DNA of 32,009 nt from Terriglobales bacterium (GTDB lineage Bacteria > Zixibacteria > MSB-5A5 > RBG-16-43-9), in contig DATKKH010000173.1 in assembly GCA_035543035.1 (NCBI GenBank), forward strand, positions 1 through 32,009, written 5' to 3'. A program made the position numbers and the translations under genes. Below, one piece after another: positions 1-9,005 of this stretch (its first letter is position 1; every line of letters starts with the position of its first letter). The notes below the pieces were generated by a model. That model was not told the origin of the DNA and did no database searches. It saw nothing but the letters and a program-made list of their open reading frames with translations.

Positions 1-40
1 ATCGTGGGAATAGGACAGTGCGTTATCCTCCATAAATCTC

Positions 41-70
41 TGTAGGGGCGTATGGCAATACGCCCTTACA
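41..70. repeat. GTAG-headed REP-like palindrome (class GGGGCGTATTG)
   Basis: tgtaggggcgtatggcaatacgcccttaca forms a 13-bp stem with one mismatch and a 4-nt loop. It is 27/30 identical to the copy at 8975-9004. Confidence 0.8.
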
Positions 71-123
71 TTTTCGATTAATCGAATCCCACAGTTTGTC
101 AGAGATTTTTTGTTCAAATTTAG

Positions 124-151
124 TTGACAAAAGGACGAAAAAGAATAACTT
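124..151 (+). promoter_or_regulatory. Candidate sigma-70 promoter (TTGACA-16 nt-TAACTT)
   Basis: TTGACA at 124-129 and TAACTT at 146-151, upstream of the DUF502 gene. The -10 is weak, so this is only a motif match. Confidence 0.3.
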
Positions 152-191
152 AAAAAGAATTGTATGGGAGGTAACTTTTTCCTGACATAAA

Positions 192-782
192 ATGGTAAAA
201 GCTCTGAGAAATTACTTTCTTTCAGGCGTTCTGATCATCGTCCCCCTGATTATTACTTACCTGGTGTTACGTTTCTTGTTTTTAGGCCTGGATGGACTAC
301 TATCTCCTCTGGTTAATAAACTAATAGGTTTCAATTTTCCGGGGACCGGGCTTTTAGCCACTCTAATTCTCATTTTCTTAGCAGGTCTTTTTGCCTCCAG
401 CCTTATATTTTCGCGTTTGGTCTCTTACGGAGAATCTCTTTTCAATAAAATCCCGGTTGTTCGCACCGTTTATGGTCCTGCTAAACAATTAGTGGAAAGT
501 CTCACAGTTGCTGATAAAAAGGGGTTCCAGCAGGTGGTCTTGATTCAGTTCCCCCGTAAGGATATTTATACTCTGGGTTTTGTAGCCAAGAGAGTTCAGA
601 TGAACGGCCAGACGCTTCTGGTAGTTTTTGTCCCTTCGACTCCTACCCCTTTTACCGGCTGGACGCTCCTGTTTAAAGAGGAAGAAGTCACCTTATTAGA
701 CATAACAGTGGAAAAAGGGATAGAGTTTTTTGTGTCCGGCGGGATAGCTTCCCCGGATAAGTTCAACTTCAAGGAAAAATAA
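192..782 (+). CDS. DUF502 family membrane protein
   Basis: 196-aa ORF. It has two N-terminal TM helices (VLIIVPLIITYLVLRF..., GLLATLILIFLAGLFASS), then the soluble beta-rich tail typical of DUF502. ATG start. Confidence 0.75.
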   Translation: MVKALRNYFLSGVLIIVPLIITYLVLRFLFLGLDGLLSPLVNKLIGFNFPGTGLLATLILIFLAGLFASSLIFSRLVSYGESLFNKIPVVRTVYGPAKQLVESLTVADKKGFQQVVLIQFPRKDIYTLGFVAKRVQMNGQTLLVVFVPSTPTPFTGWTLLFKEEEVTLLDITVEKGIEFFVSGGIASPDKFNFKEK

Positions 783-791
783 AATCGGGAA

Positions 792-1967
792 ATGCTGAAG
801 CAGACTGTTACTACAGTAACATCGATTAAAACAGCAGCTCTGTCCGCGATCTGGACTTTTCCCTCGGTCTTATTGTCAGCCTTAGTAGTCGGCTGGGCAG
901 CTGAGGCAGCTCAATTTTTATTCTCCCAGGGTTTAGCCTTAGCTATTTTAGCCTGGCTGCAGACTTTGCCCGAATTCGCAGTAGAGGCGGTGATTGCCTG
1001 GGAAGCAGGAACTGATCCACAAAAAGTCCATCTGGTGACGGCCAATTTCACCGGTTCCTTGCGTCTTTTAGTAGGTCTGGGCTGGCCTATGATCTATTTC
1101 ACCACGGTTTTCTTCAGAAAAAGAAAGCCCGGGGAGAAAAAACTCTTAAATATAAAGTTAGACGGTGAGCATGCGGTTGAAATCCTTGGGCTTCTACCAC
1201 CCATCCTATATTTTGTTGTCATAGTGATAAAAGGAACCCTTTCCCTTTTTGATTCAGTAGTGCTCTTCTTGATGTATGTAGGTTATCTTTATATCTTAAG
1301 AAAAATCCCTCCACAAGATCAAGAAAAGACAGAAGATTTAGACAGGGTTCCGAGATGGATCTTGAAACAACAGCCTGTCAGAAGGAATCTCTCCATAGCT
1401 TTTCTTTTTGTCTTTGGCGGGATCTGGCTCTATTTAGTAGCAGAGCCATTCCTGCACAGCATGTTAGCTTTAGCCACTCTATTGGGAGTGTCTCAATTCG
1501 TTTTCATCCAGTGGGTTTCCCCTTTTCTGTCTGAATTTCCAGAAAAAGTTACTGCTTTTAACTGGGCAAGGACTGTGAAGAAAGCGCCTATGGCTTTGAT
1601 GAATATGATCTCCTCCAATATCAACCAGTGGACTGTGCTGGTGGCGATGATCCCGATTGTCTATTCTATAAGCTCAGGTAAAGTTTCAGTCATTCATTTC
1701 GATTCACATCAGAAGGTGGAGATATTTTTAACCATTGCCCAATCAGCTTTAGGAATGATCCTTTTAGCCAATATGGAATTCCGCTGGTATGAGGCACTGG
1801 GCCTTTTCGGCTTGTGGTTTACCCAGTTCGTCATTCCTTCTTTGAGAGAGGAGATAACCTGGGTTTATCTTTTCTGGCTTTATGTGGAGCTGATTTTGGC
1901 CTTTATTGGAAAAAGGAAACTTTCAGTTTTTAAGGAGTTCAGAGAGTTGATAAGGAAACATTGGTAA
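792..1967 (+). CDS. Polytopic membrane protein, CaCA (Na+/Ca2+ or cation/H+ exchanger)-like
   Basis: 391-aa ORF starting 10 nt after the DUF502 stop. It has many TM helices and two alpha-repeat-like motifs (LQTLPEFAVEAVIA and SPFLSEFPEKVTA) resembling the GSSLPE repeats of CaCA exchangers. The family call is tentative. Confidence 0.55.
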   Translation: MLKQTVTTVTSIKTAALSAIWTFPSVLLSALVVGWAAEAAQFLFSQGLALAILAWLQTLPEFAVEAVIAWEAGTDPQKVHLVTANFTGSLRLLVGLGWPMIYFTTVFFRKRKPGEKKLLNIKLDGEHAVEILGLLPPILYFVVIVIKGTLSLFDSVVLFLMYVGYLYILRKIPPQDQEKTEDLDRVPRWILKQQPVRRNLSIAFLFVFGGIWLYLVAEPFLHSMLALATLLGVSQFVFIQWVSPFLSEFPEKVTAFNWARTVKKAPMALMNMISSNINQWTVLVAMIPIVYSISSGKVSVIHFDSHQKVEIFLTIAQSALGMILLANMEFRWYEALGLFGLWFTQFVIPSLREEITWVYLFWLYVELILAFIGKRKLSVFKEFRELIRKHW

Positions 1968-1968
1968 A

Positions 1969-2008
1969 ACCTCACTTTATCTCTCACCTGCGAGGAGAGG
2001 GAGATAAT
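1969..2008. repeat. CCTCAC...CTCTC-loop-GAGAGG hairpin repeat (diverged copy)
   Basis: cctcactttatctctcacctgcgaggagagggagataa. It is related to copies at 14781-14813, 24721-24752 and 26727-26759. Confidence 0.55.
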
Positions 2009-2066
2009 TGAGTCTACAGTTGCTCGATTTATCGAGTGGCTTCGAAAGTGAAAGAGAGGGAAAACT

Positions 2067-2681
2067 ATGTTAGGAATCATGCCCAAGGAAGATAAGTTTT
2101 TCACGATGCTCAAGGAACTGGCGCATTGCGTTCTGAGAGGAGCTGAAGCTTTGAAAGACCTGGTGGAAAACTATACTGACGTGGAGAGAAAGGTAAGGGA
2201 CATAAAAGAAATCGAGCATGAGGGAGACAGGAACATACACCAGATCGTAGACAATCTGAACAAGACCTTCGTCACCCCTCTGGACCGGGAAGACCTGCAC
2301 CAGCTTGCCAGCGAGCTGGATAACGTCTTGGATGCGATCGAGGGAATCTCAAGCCGCCTGCTGAACTTCAAAATCGAAAAACTGACCCCGGAGTGTATCC
2401 AGCTGGTAAATATAATTTACAAGGCAACTGTGGAAATAGAAAAAGCAGTATCCGATCTCAAGCACTTCAGAAACCTCCATCCTTTCTGTGTGGAGATAAA
2501 CAGCCTGGAAAACGAGGCAGACCAGATCACCCGGGACGAGGTAGGCAGACTTCTGGACGAGGAGCCCGACTGGAGAATGGCGATCAAGTGGAAGGAAATA
2601 TACGGAAGGCTGGAGACTGCAGCTGACCACTGCGAGAATATCTCTAACGTAATCGAGGGCATCGTGGTGAAAAACGCTTGA
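2067..2681 (+). CDS. DUF47 / PhoU-like phosphate transport regulator (TIGR00153-type)
   Basis: 204-aa helical protein with N-terminus MLGIMPKEDKFFTMLKE and an internal EHEGD motif. It sits directly upstream of a PiT-family transporter, which is the classic pairing. Confidence 0.85.
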   Translation: MLGIMPKEDKFFTMLKELAHCVLRGAEALKDLVENYTDVERKVRDIKEIEHEGDRNIHQIVDNLNKTFVTPLDREDLHQLASELDNVLDAIEGISSRLLNFKIEKLTPECIQLVNIIYKATVEIEKAVSDLKHFRNLHPFCVEINSLENEADQITRDEVGRLLDEEPDWRMAIKWKEIYGRLETAADHCENISNVIEGIVVKNA

Positions 2682-2793
2682 TAGATATCGCTGGATTTGG
2701 AAAATTGTAATTTCCTGGACAGTTTCTCCAGGTTGTCATGAAATCGTAAGGGAGACCATCTAAAGAATTGAATTCAAATAAACTCAAGCCAAT

Positions 2794-3798
2794 ATGCTCA
2801 GCCTACTTTTTGTCATTTTCATCATTTTAGTTGCCCTGGCTTTTGATTTCACCAACGGATTGCACGATGCGGCTAACTCCATCGCCACTGTAGTATCCAC
2901 CAGGGTTTTAACACCCAGACAAGCAGTGGTCTGGGCCGCTTTTTTCAATTTCGTAGCCTTTCTGATCTTTGGCACTGCGGTGGCAACCACTATCGGCAAG
3001 GGAATGATCAACATCAGCGTGGTCACGCCCCGCCTAATATTTGCCGGGCTGATCGGTGCCATCAGCTGGAACCTTTTCACCTGGTATCTGGGACTGCCCA
3101 CCAGCTCCTCCCATGCCTTGATCGGTGGTTATGCAGGAGCAGCTATAGTAAAAGCCGGCTTTAAAGTCCTCATCCTCAGCGGCTGGACCAAGACCCTCAT
3201 CTTTCTTGTTCTGGCGCCTACCATAGGTCTGATCTTAGGGTTATTTTTCATCGTTATCGTCACCTGGATAGTCCGAAAAAAAACTCCCGCAAATATAGAC
3301 AAATGGTCCCGTCGATTGCAACTATTCTCTGCTTGTCTATACAGTCTTGGGCATGGAGGTAATGATGCACAAAAGACGATGGGAATTATAACCAGCCTGA
3401 TCTTTTCCGTGGGAATTATCAAGACTTTTCACGTGCCTATCTGGGTGGTGCTGAGCGCACATGCTGCCATAGCTTTAGGAACTCTATCCGGTGGCTGGCG
3501 GATAGTCAAAACCATGGGACAGAAAATCACCAAACTCAGGCCAATAGATGGTTGTTGTGCTGAAACTGCGAGTGCCATAAGCATTTTCACAGCTACTCAT
3601 CTGGGTGTTCCGGTCAGCACCACCCACGTAATCACCGGAGCGATTTCCGGCGTAGGAGCAGCCAAGAGGCTGTCTGCGGTTCGCTGGGGAGTTACTATCA
3701 AAATCGTCTGGGCCTGGTTTTTGACCATTCCCGGAGCAGCTTTGACTGCTGGAGTTTTCTATTTTCTGCTGGAGTCAGCTATTAAGTTATTCTCTTAG
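2794..3798 (+). CDS. pitA: Inorganic phosphate transporter, PiT family
   Basis: 334 aa. It carries the PiT signature FDFTNGLHDAANSIATVVSTR near the N-terminus and a second GGNDAQKTMGII repeat. The protein is polytopic. Confidence 0.93.
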   Translation: MLSLLFVIFIILVALAFDFTNGLHDAANSIATVVSTRVLTPRQAVVWAAFFNFVAFLIFGTAVATTIGKGMINISVVTPRLIFAGLIGAISWNLFTWYLGLPTSSSHALIGGYAGAAIVKAGFKVLILSGWTKTLIFLVLAPTIGLILGLFFIVIVTWIVRKKTPANIDKWSRRLQLFSACLYSLGHGGNDAQKTMGIITSLIFSVGIIKTFHVPIWVVLSAHAAIALGTLSGGWRIVKTMGQKITKLRPIDGCCAETASAISIFTATHLGVPVSTTHVITGAISGVGAAKRLSAVRWGVTIKIVWAWFLTIPGAALTAGVFYFLLESAIKLFS

Positions 3799-3899
3799 TA
3801 GGCAAGGGTCCAAACTATAAATAAGTAAACTGCTTCTGTCACTTGTCATGGTCCTAAAAGTAAAAAAGACTGTTTAAAATTGCTGAGAATGAAAAAAAT

Positions 3900-3927
3900 A
3901 AACCCACGTTGCGGGCAACGCGGGTTT
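3900..3927 (-). terminator. Rho-independent terminator of the DUF2723 gene
   Basis: aaacccacgttgcgggcaacgcgggttt forms a 13-bp stem with one mismatch and a 2-nt loop. On the minus strand it is followed by tattttttt. It lies between the convergent pitA and DUF2723 genes. Confidence 0.7.
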
Positions 3928-3968
3928 ACCTTGTCAAAAAAGTAAGTGAAACTCTTCACCTAATTTTC

Positions 3969-6539
3969 TTATCTCATATTCCTCAATTTCTGCAGGACGT
4001 CATTGACTGTGGCATCATTAGGATGGTCCTGCATCCATCTCTCCAGAATTTTTTCCGACTGGCTGTATTTCTTGTTCATAATATACAGGTCGGAAAGAGC
4101 CCGGAAACTGATGTCATTGTCCGGGCTTATCTGATAAGCCTGATAAAAAGTATTCTCTGCATCCTGAATTCTTCTCTGCCCCAGGTAAAAAAGACCCAAG
4201 TACTGAAGATACAGAAGCTGGGGATTTGACTCGTATAGCTTTTTAAGATGCTCCTCAGCATTTTTCAGCAGAGCATCAGCATCTTGGGTTTTTCCCTCTT
4301 GTCTATACAGGTCAGCTAAAATCGCATAAGTGCGGTAATAATCCGAATATATCTGAATAGATTTTTTCAATTCAGCTTCATCTTTTAATGTATCTCCTTG
4401 ATTTAAATATACATTACCCAGTTCGATAAACATCTCCGGGTAGGAAATCAGCATACCTATTGCGTTTTCATCCTTGTAGACGTTCATATCATTCAGACCC
4501 CGGTACCTGTAGACCTCCCATAGGAGTTTATGGAACAAGTCCAGATCATACATGAACTTTCCTTCCTCTGGCACAAGTTTCAGCGCAAAACCTGCTTTTT
4601 TTAAATGATTATCCAGATTTAACCTTCCATCCGGCGGAACAGTAGAAGAAAAAACTATGGGATACTTCCACTGGTTCGTCAGGATTATATTCTCGATCAT
4701 CAGGTCCTGGACCCGGATAAGTTTTTTGTTTTTCTCGTCATAGTAACTGAAAAGATAATGGTTGGTTCCTCTCAAAGGGTCATAATACGTATCCCGGGGG
4801 AGGGAAATGACGGTTCCGTCCGGTCGTTTTCTGTCCACGCTCCATCTTATCTGGTCGTCGGTTAAACTGATAGGCACATTCCATTTGTTTTTAAGCTCCA
4901 GGATGTACCAGTCCGTATTCAGCAGGCTCAAATTAATCACCCGCACGTCGGTCCTGAATTTTTCCACCTGCTGGATATACCATAAGGGAAAAGTGTCATT
5001 ATCGCCATTGGTGAAAAGGATAGCGTCCCGGTCACAAGAGGTAAGGATATTATAAGCATAATCGTTCGGAATATAATCGCCTCGCCGGTTGTCGGGAGAA
5101 TGCAGACCGCGATTCAAAGGCATTAAAGGGGCTAACAGAAAAATAGCGGAAATTCCGAAGACTAAACTTCTGCTTCCCAATTTGCCTAACTTGGTAGAAG
5201 CTTCACCCAAATAGGCTATAAGCCAGGAGATGCCCAATCCCATCAATAAGGCAAAAAAAGTAAATGCCGGAGTGTAGAAATAATCTCTGTCCCTGACCTC
5301 TAATCGCTCCAACTCTCCGCTCAGAGGGTTGGTTTTGGTCCCATCTCCAAAATTAAGATAAAATAACAGCCCGATCGAGGAAATCAAAACCAGAAAAAGG
5401 AGCATCCAGCCGATGCCTTTGACTCTCCGGATCGATTCCAATACTCCTAATAATCCCAAAAGCACCGGGATAAACCATAAGCTCTTGTCCAGATACTGCT
5501 CCCTGAAAAATCCCCAGAAACCCATCCGCTCATGGGTTTCAAACTGGTTTTTCCAGCTTGCCCGGCGGGTGAACATCCGGTCGACCATCGAAACCTGGCC
5601 GTATTGCTTACGCTCCAGAAAATATTTGAAGCTCTTCCAGTCCCGGGGGTCGTTTTCATCGATGGCCGGGTCCAAAGATGACCGGATTGGGATGTATAAC
5701 TGCACTGTATAGCCTATGGCAGCAAAGGCTATTAAGGAAAAGATAAAATTCCAGCTTCTGGAACCGGGATTTAATTGCCAGAAAATAAAACTCAGGACTA
5801 AGGCGATTGCGAGTGAAACCAAGAACGGCACCAGGGTAAACATCACCAGGGATAAAACTATCCCGGCAGCCCAGAAACGGATATCTTTTAATTTGGATTT
5901 ATCAGTCAGAATTACCAGGAGGAAAACGGCTGGCATTATCAGATAAACAGTCATATGAATGCCAATCGATATCATCCCAAGGAAGGCGATCATGACTAAA
6001 TACCGGTCTGCTTTTGGCTCCCCTTTTCTCTCCCACCAGAGAAGGGCTAAATAGGCGATCAGAACCATCAATAGCATCGCTGCACCATAGACTTCTGCCT
6101 CAACCGAGTTGGACCAGTAGGTAGAGGAGAAACCTAAAAACAAACTACCAGAAACGCCTCCTACATAAGAGGCTATCCTAGTCCATCCTGAAGATTCCCT
6201 TTCTTTGAGAATGTGCCCCATTGTCCGCACGATAAATAAATAAGATAGCCAGACTGTTATGCTCGAAAATAAAACCGAGATGAAATTAACCCGCGGGGCA
6301 ATGGTCGAGAATAATGGTAGAAGGGTAAATATCCTGCCGATTAGTACAAATAAAGGTGTCCCAGGTGGATGAGGAATTCCCAAGATATAGGAACAGGCAA
6401 TAAACTCACCGCAGTCCCAGAAGGAAACTGTGGGCGCCATACAGTAAAGATAAACTAGAAAAACGAACAAAAATACGAAGACGGACAACCAGACATTTAT
6501 CGGGTCTTTTTTATACCAGCGGACGATGCCTGAAAACAT
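3969..6539 (-). CDS. DUF2723 (glycosyltransferase family 117 / TMEM260-like) membrane protein with C-terminal TPR repeats
   Basis: The motif WDCGEFIACSYILGIPHPPGTPLF is the DUF2723 hallmark. There are about 10 TM helices and a TPR-like C-terminus. The ORF extends to 6575, but the ATG at 6539 is preceded by GGAGGtaaa, so M13 is the likelier start. Confidence 0.85.
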   Translation of the reverse strand: MFSGIVRWYKKDPINVWLSVFVFLFVFLVYLYCMAPTVSFWDCGEFIACSYILGIPHPPGTPLFVLIGRIFTLLPLFSTIAPRVNFISVLFSSITVWLSYLFIVRTMGHILKERESSGWTRIASYVGGVSGSLFLGFSSTYWSNSVEAEVYGAAMLLMVLIAYLALLWWERKGEPKADRYLVMIAFLGMISIGIHMTVYLIMPAVFLLVILTDKSKLKDIRFWAAGIVLSLVMFTLVPFLVSLAIALVLSFIFWQLNPGSRSWNFIFSLIAFAAIGYTVQLYIPIRSSLDPAIDENDPRDWKSFKYFLERKQYGQVSMVDRMFTRRASWKNQFETHERMGFWGFFREQYLDKSLWFIPVLLGLLGVLESIRRVKGIGWMLLFLVLISSIGLLFYLNFGDGTKTNPLSGELERLEVRDRDYFYTPAFTFFALLMGLGISWLIAYLGEASTKLGKLGSRSLVFGISAIFLLAPLMPLNRGLHSPDNRRGDYIPNDYAYNILTSCDRDAILFTNGDNDTFPLWYIQQVEKFRTDVRVINLSLLNTDWYILELKNKWNVPISLTDDQIRWSVDRKRPDGTVISLPRDTYYDPLRGTNHYLFSYYDEKNKKLIRVQDLMIENIILTNQWKYPIVFSSTVPPDGRLNLDNHLKKAGFALKLVPEEGKFMYDLDLFHKLLWEVYRYRGLNDMNVYKDENAIGMLISYPEMFIELGNVYLNQGDTLKDEAELKKSIQIYSDYYRTYAILADLYRQEGKTQDADALLKNAEEHLKKLYESNPQLLYLQYLGLFYLGQRRIQDAENTFYQAYQISPDNDISFRALSDLYIMNKKYSQSEKILERWMQDHPNDATVNDVLQKLRNMR

Positions 6540-6723
6540 TTTACCTCCAAGAAAAAATGTAGTTGCTGAATTCATTGAGCATCTTCGCCCGATAAATCAA
6601 GCAACCAGCTTCTTCATTATCTTACGGCTAATTCCCTCGGCTTTTTAGCAAGTCTCCTAAAGATATAAAAAAATAGGTCGACTAATAAAATACAAACTAA
6701 ACCTTAAAAGTCAAGGAAAGGTT

Positions 6724-6963
6724 ATGTTAGTCTGGTGTGCAGTCCTGTTTTTTCTGGGCATTATAGCTTTCTTGGACAGCCTTTTTACCTTCGGAGAGAT
6801 TTTCAGGAGGATAAACTCGGTTTTCTTTATGCTGGTCTCCCTTGGTCTTCTGGTGAGAACCAGCACCAAAATGAAGATGAAACAGATAGAAGGGTACATC
6901 GAAAAGATAAAAAAGCTGGAAGAGGAAGTAAAAGTCCTTAAAGAAAAAGTCAAGGTTTTTTAG
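6724..6963 (+). CDS. Small membrane protein with C-terminal coiled coil (hypothetical)
   Basis: 79 aa with two hydrophobic helices followed by KKLEEEVKVLKEKVKVF. There is an aaggaaagg RBS-like stretch before the ATG. Competing overlapping ORFs on both strands lack such features. Confidence 0.45.
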   Translation: MLVWCAVLFFLGIIAFLDSLFTFGEIFRRINSVFFMLVSLGLLVRTSTKMKMKQIEGYIEKIKKLEEEVKVLKEKVKVF

Positions 6964-7014
6964 ACAGAACCAAAAAAGCGAGTATCGAAGGTCTAAGGTT
7001 CTCTTTCGTGCATG

Positions 7015-7039
7015 CACCCCCAAAACAAGTTTGGGTGTG
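7015..7039. terminator. Hairpin between convergent genes (weak terminator candidate)
   Basis: cacccccaaaacaagtttgggtgtg forms a 10-bp stem with one mismatch. There is no clear U-run on either strand. Confidence 0.3.
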
Positions 7040-7067
7040 TCACCCTTACGTTGAACAAAAAGATTTC

Positions 7068-8852
7068 TTAGGAAGCAGGACTCAGCACTTTCAATTTTTC
7101 CCTGACCTCCTGCACATAAAGGGAGGTGGGGAATTTTTTTAAGAAAAGCTCGTAGGTTTCCTTAGCCTTAGGAATATCTCCTAAATCCTGCTGATAAATA
7201 TCTCCTATCGATTTCAAAGCAAGAGCAAGATAAGGGCTCTCAGGAAATTTATCGCTTAAGGATTGGTATTCCGAAATGGACGATTTGAAATCCTTTTGCT
7301 TACGCAGAAGTGCAGATTTCTCCATCAGGGCTGCATCCGACAGGGTCGAAACCTTAGCCTGAGAAATTATCTCGAATAATTTTTCTGCTTCGGTAAAATT
7401 ACCCTGGTATTCCAGTAGCAGGCCTTTGGAGAAATCTTTAAGAAAAGGGCGGTTCATATCCAGGTTGTCCTTTATCAGATTTAACCTTTCCAGGCTATTG
7501 TTCACAAACATCCCTTTGGGAAAATCGTTTATTATTTTCTGATACAATTCTGCGGATTCCTCTAAATCCCCTTTATAAAAACGGACGTCTGCCAGGCGGA
7601 AACAAAGCTCCTCTGAATCGGGCTGGGCTATAGGGTCCTTCAGACTTTTTTCATAATGGACGATTGCGCTGTCAAGCTGGTTATTTAGAAGATAAATCTC
7701 ACCTAATTTAATTAATGTTCCCGGATAAAAGGAAGTCTCTTTCAGAGGAAGGATTTTTCGATACCATATGGTTGCATCTCCTTTTTTCTTCAGGTTATCC
7801 AGATAGATATTTCCCATCTGGAAATAAGCCTGGGCCTGGACTTGTCTGATTGGGAAGTCTTGAGCCAATTTCTGGTAAACTGAGAGGGCTTCATCGTATT
7901 TCTGAAGTCCTGCCAAGGAGGAGGAGGAGATGAGTCGTGACTCGATAGAGCATTCAACGCTCTGGCAGATGCTTTCCAGGTAGTGGCATGCCCTCAGGGA
8001 AAGCTCATAAGATTTTCTTTTAAGGCAGGTCCGGGCAAAAAGGAGCAGATTCTCCCCTTTAGGGGAGGAGAGCACATCTGCGGTTTTGTAAAACTCAAAA
8101 GCCTGTTCCATTTCACCTTTTTTGAGTTTTAAGTCTCCATAAAGCTTGTATCCCAAGCTTTTCTTCGGCTCAAGCTCGATTAGTTTTTTGACTCCGCTTT
8201 CGAGCTGATCTGGTTTTTCACCTGATTCAATGAACTGCATGATTTTCCTTTCCACATCCGGATAGGCAGTAGTATCTGCTTTTGCCCAGGCAAAATAATA
8301 TTCCAGACTCGAAGTCCAGTCTCCTGCAGCTTCATATATGTTTGCGAGGTCTCTTAATAAAACAGGGGGGTTCCCCAGTTTTTTGATTCCCTGCTTATAG
8401 GTTTCTATTCCCTTTTCCATCTCCTTGTTTGTCAGATAGGTGGCGGCTACCAGATGATAAGCGTTCAGAGTGTCCGTGCTCAGTTTTAAGGTCTGTTTAA
8501 ACGACTCATCGGCTTTGGTTTTTTCACCGGTTTTAAGATACAGGTCCCCTAACTTAGCCCAGGTAGCCCATTCGCCCGGATGTTTTTCCAGCCAGGTTTT
8601 AAGAAGGTTTTCGAGTTTGTCATAAGCTTTTGTATCCAGGTAGGCTCTGGACAAGAAGAAAAAAACCTGTCTATTGTCCGGGGAGATTTTTTCCAGCTTC
8701 TCCAGCATAGGCAAAGCCTCTGCAGACCTGCCAGCAGTGACCAGCGCCTGAGCTGCGTCCAAATCGCGTTTAAAGGAACCCTGGTCCTGGGAATAAGCGT
8801 AGAAGAAAAATAAAGCCAAATAAAAAAAAGTAAAAAGACTTTTCTTCAACAT
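7068..8852 (-). CDS. Secreted TPR-repeat protein
   Basis: 594 aa. It has an N-terminal signal-like helix (LFTFFYLALFFFYAYS) followed by repeated TPR-like A/Y/L patterns throughout. Confidence 0.8.
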   Translation of the reverse strand: MLKKSLFTFFYLALFFFYAYSQDQGSFKRDLDAAQALVTAGRSAEALPMLEKLEKISPDNRQVFFFLSRAYLDTKAYDKLENLLKTWLEKHPGEWATWAKLGDLYLKTGEKTKADESFKQTLKLSTDTLNAYHLVAATYLTNKEMEKGIETYKQGIKKLGNPPVLLRDLANIYEAAGDWTSSLEYYFAWAKADTTAYPDVERKIMQFIESGEKPDQLESGVKKLIELEPKKSLGYKLYGDLKLKKGEMEQAFEFYKTADVLSSPKGENLLLFARTCLKRKSYELSLRACHYLESICQSVECSIESRLISSSSLAGLQKYDEALSVYQKLAQDFPIRQVQAQAYFQMGNIYLDNLKKKGDATIWYRKILPLKETSFYPGTLIKLGEIYLLNNQLDSAIVHYEKSLKDPIAQPDSEELCFRLADVRFYKGDLEESAELYQKIINDFPKGMFVNNSLERLNLIKDNLDMNRPFLKDFSKGLLLEYQGNFTEAEKLFEIISQAKVSTLSDAALMEKSALLRKQKDFKSSISEYQSLSDKFPESPYLALALKSIGDIYQQDLGDIPKAKETYELFLKKFPTSLYVQEVREKLKVLSPAS

Positions 8853-8876
8853 ATTTATTATCGCTTTTCAGTCAAT

Positions 8877-9004
8877 GTAGGGATAGCCCTTGTGGCTGTC
8901 CGCCATTTCTTAATCAGTTTTCGGACAGGGACAAGCCCTGTCCCTACATAAAGCCGTTGTTTCATTTCTATTTGTGTAGGGGTGTATTGCAATACGCCCC
9001 TACA
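8877..9004. repeat. REP cluster: inverted pair (8877-8901 +, 8923-8947 -) plus palindromic REP (8975-9004)
   Basis: gtagggatagcccttgtggctgtcc matches the reverse complement gtagggacagggcttgtccctgtcc (same head and loop, compensatory stem). The third element is tgtaggggtgtattgcaatacgcccctaca. Confidence 0.85.
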
Positions 9005-9005
9005 G

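Noticed and set aside
1-33. Possible minus-strand gene start (cat at 31-33, reading MEDNALSYSHD outward from the window)
   Set aside because: Only 11 codons are visible, with no RBS. It cannot be supported.
74-2036. Palindromes TCGATTAATCGA (74-85) and CTCGATTTATCGAG (2023-2036) upstream of two operons, as a shared operator
   Set aside because: There are only two short AT-rich palindromes with a 5-bp common arm. No regulator is in view, and the evidence is insufficient.
3909-4229. 106-aa plus-strand ORF
   Set aside because: It starts inside the convergent terminator hairpin and runs antisense to the well-supported DUF2723 gene. It has no recognisable motifs.
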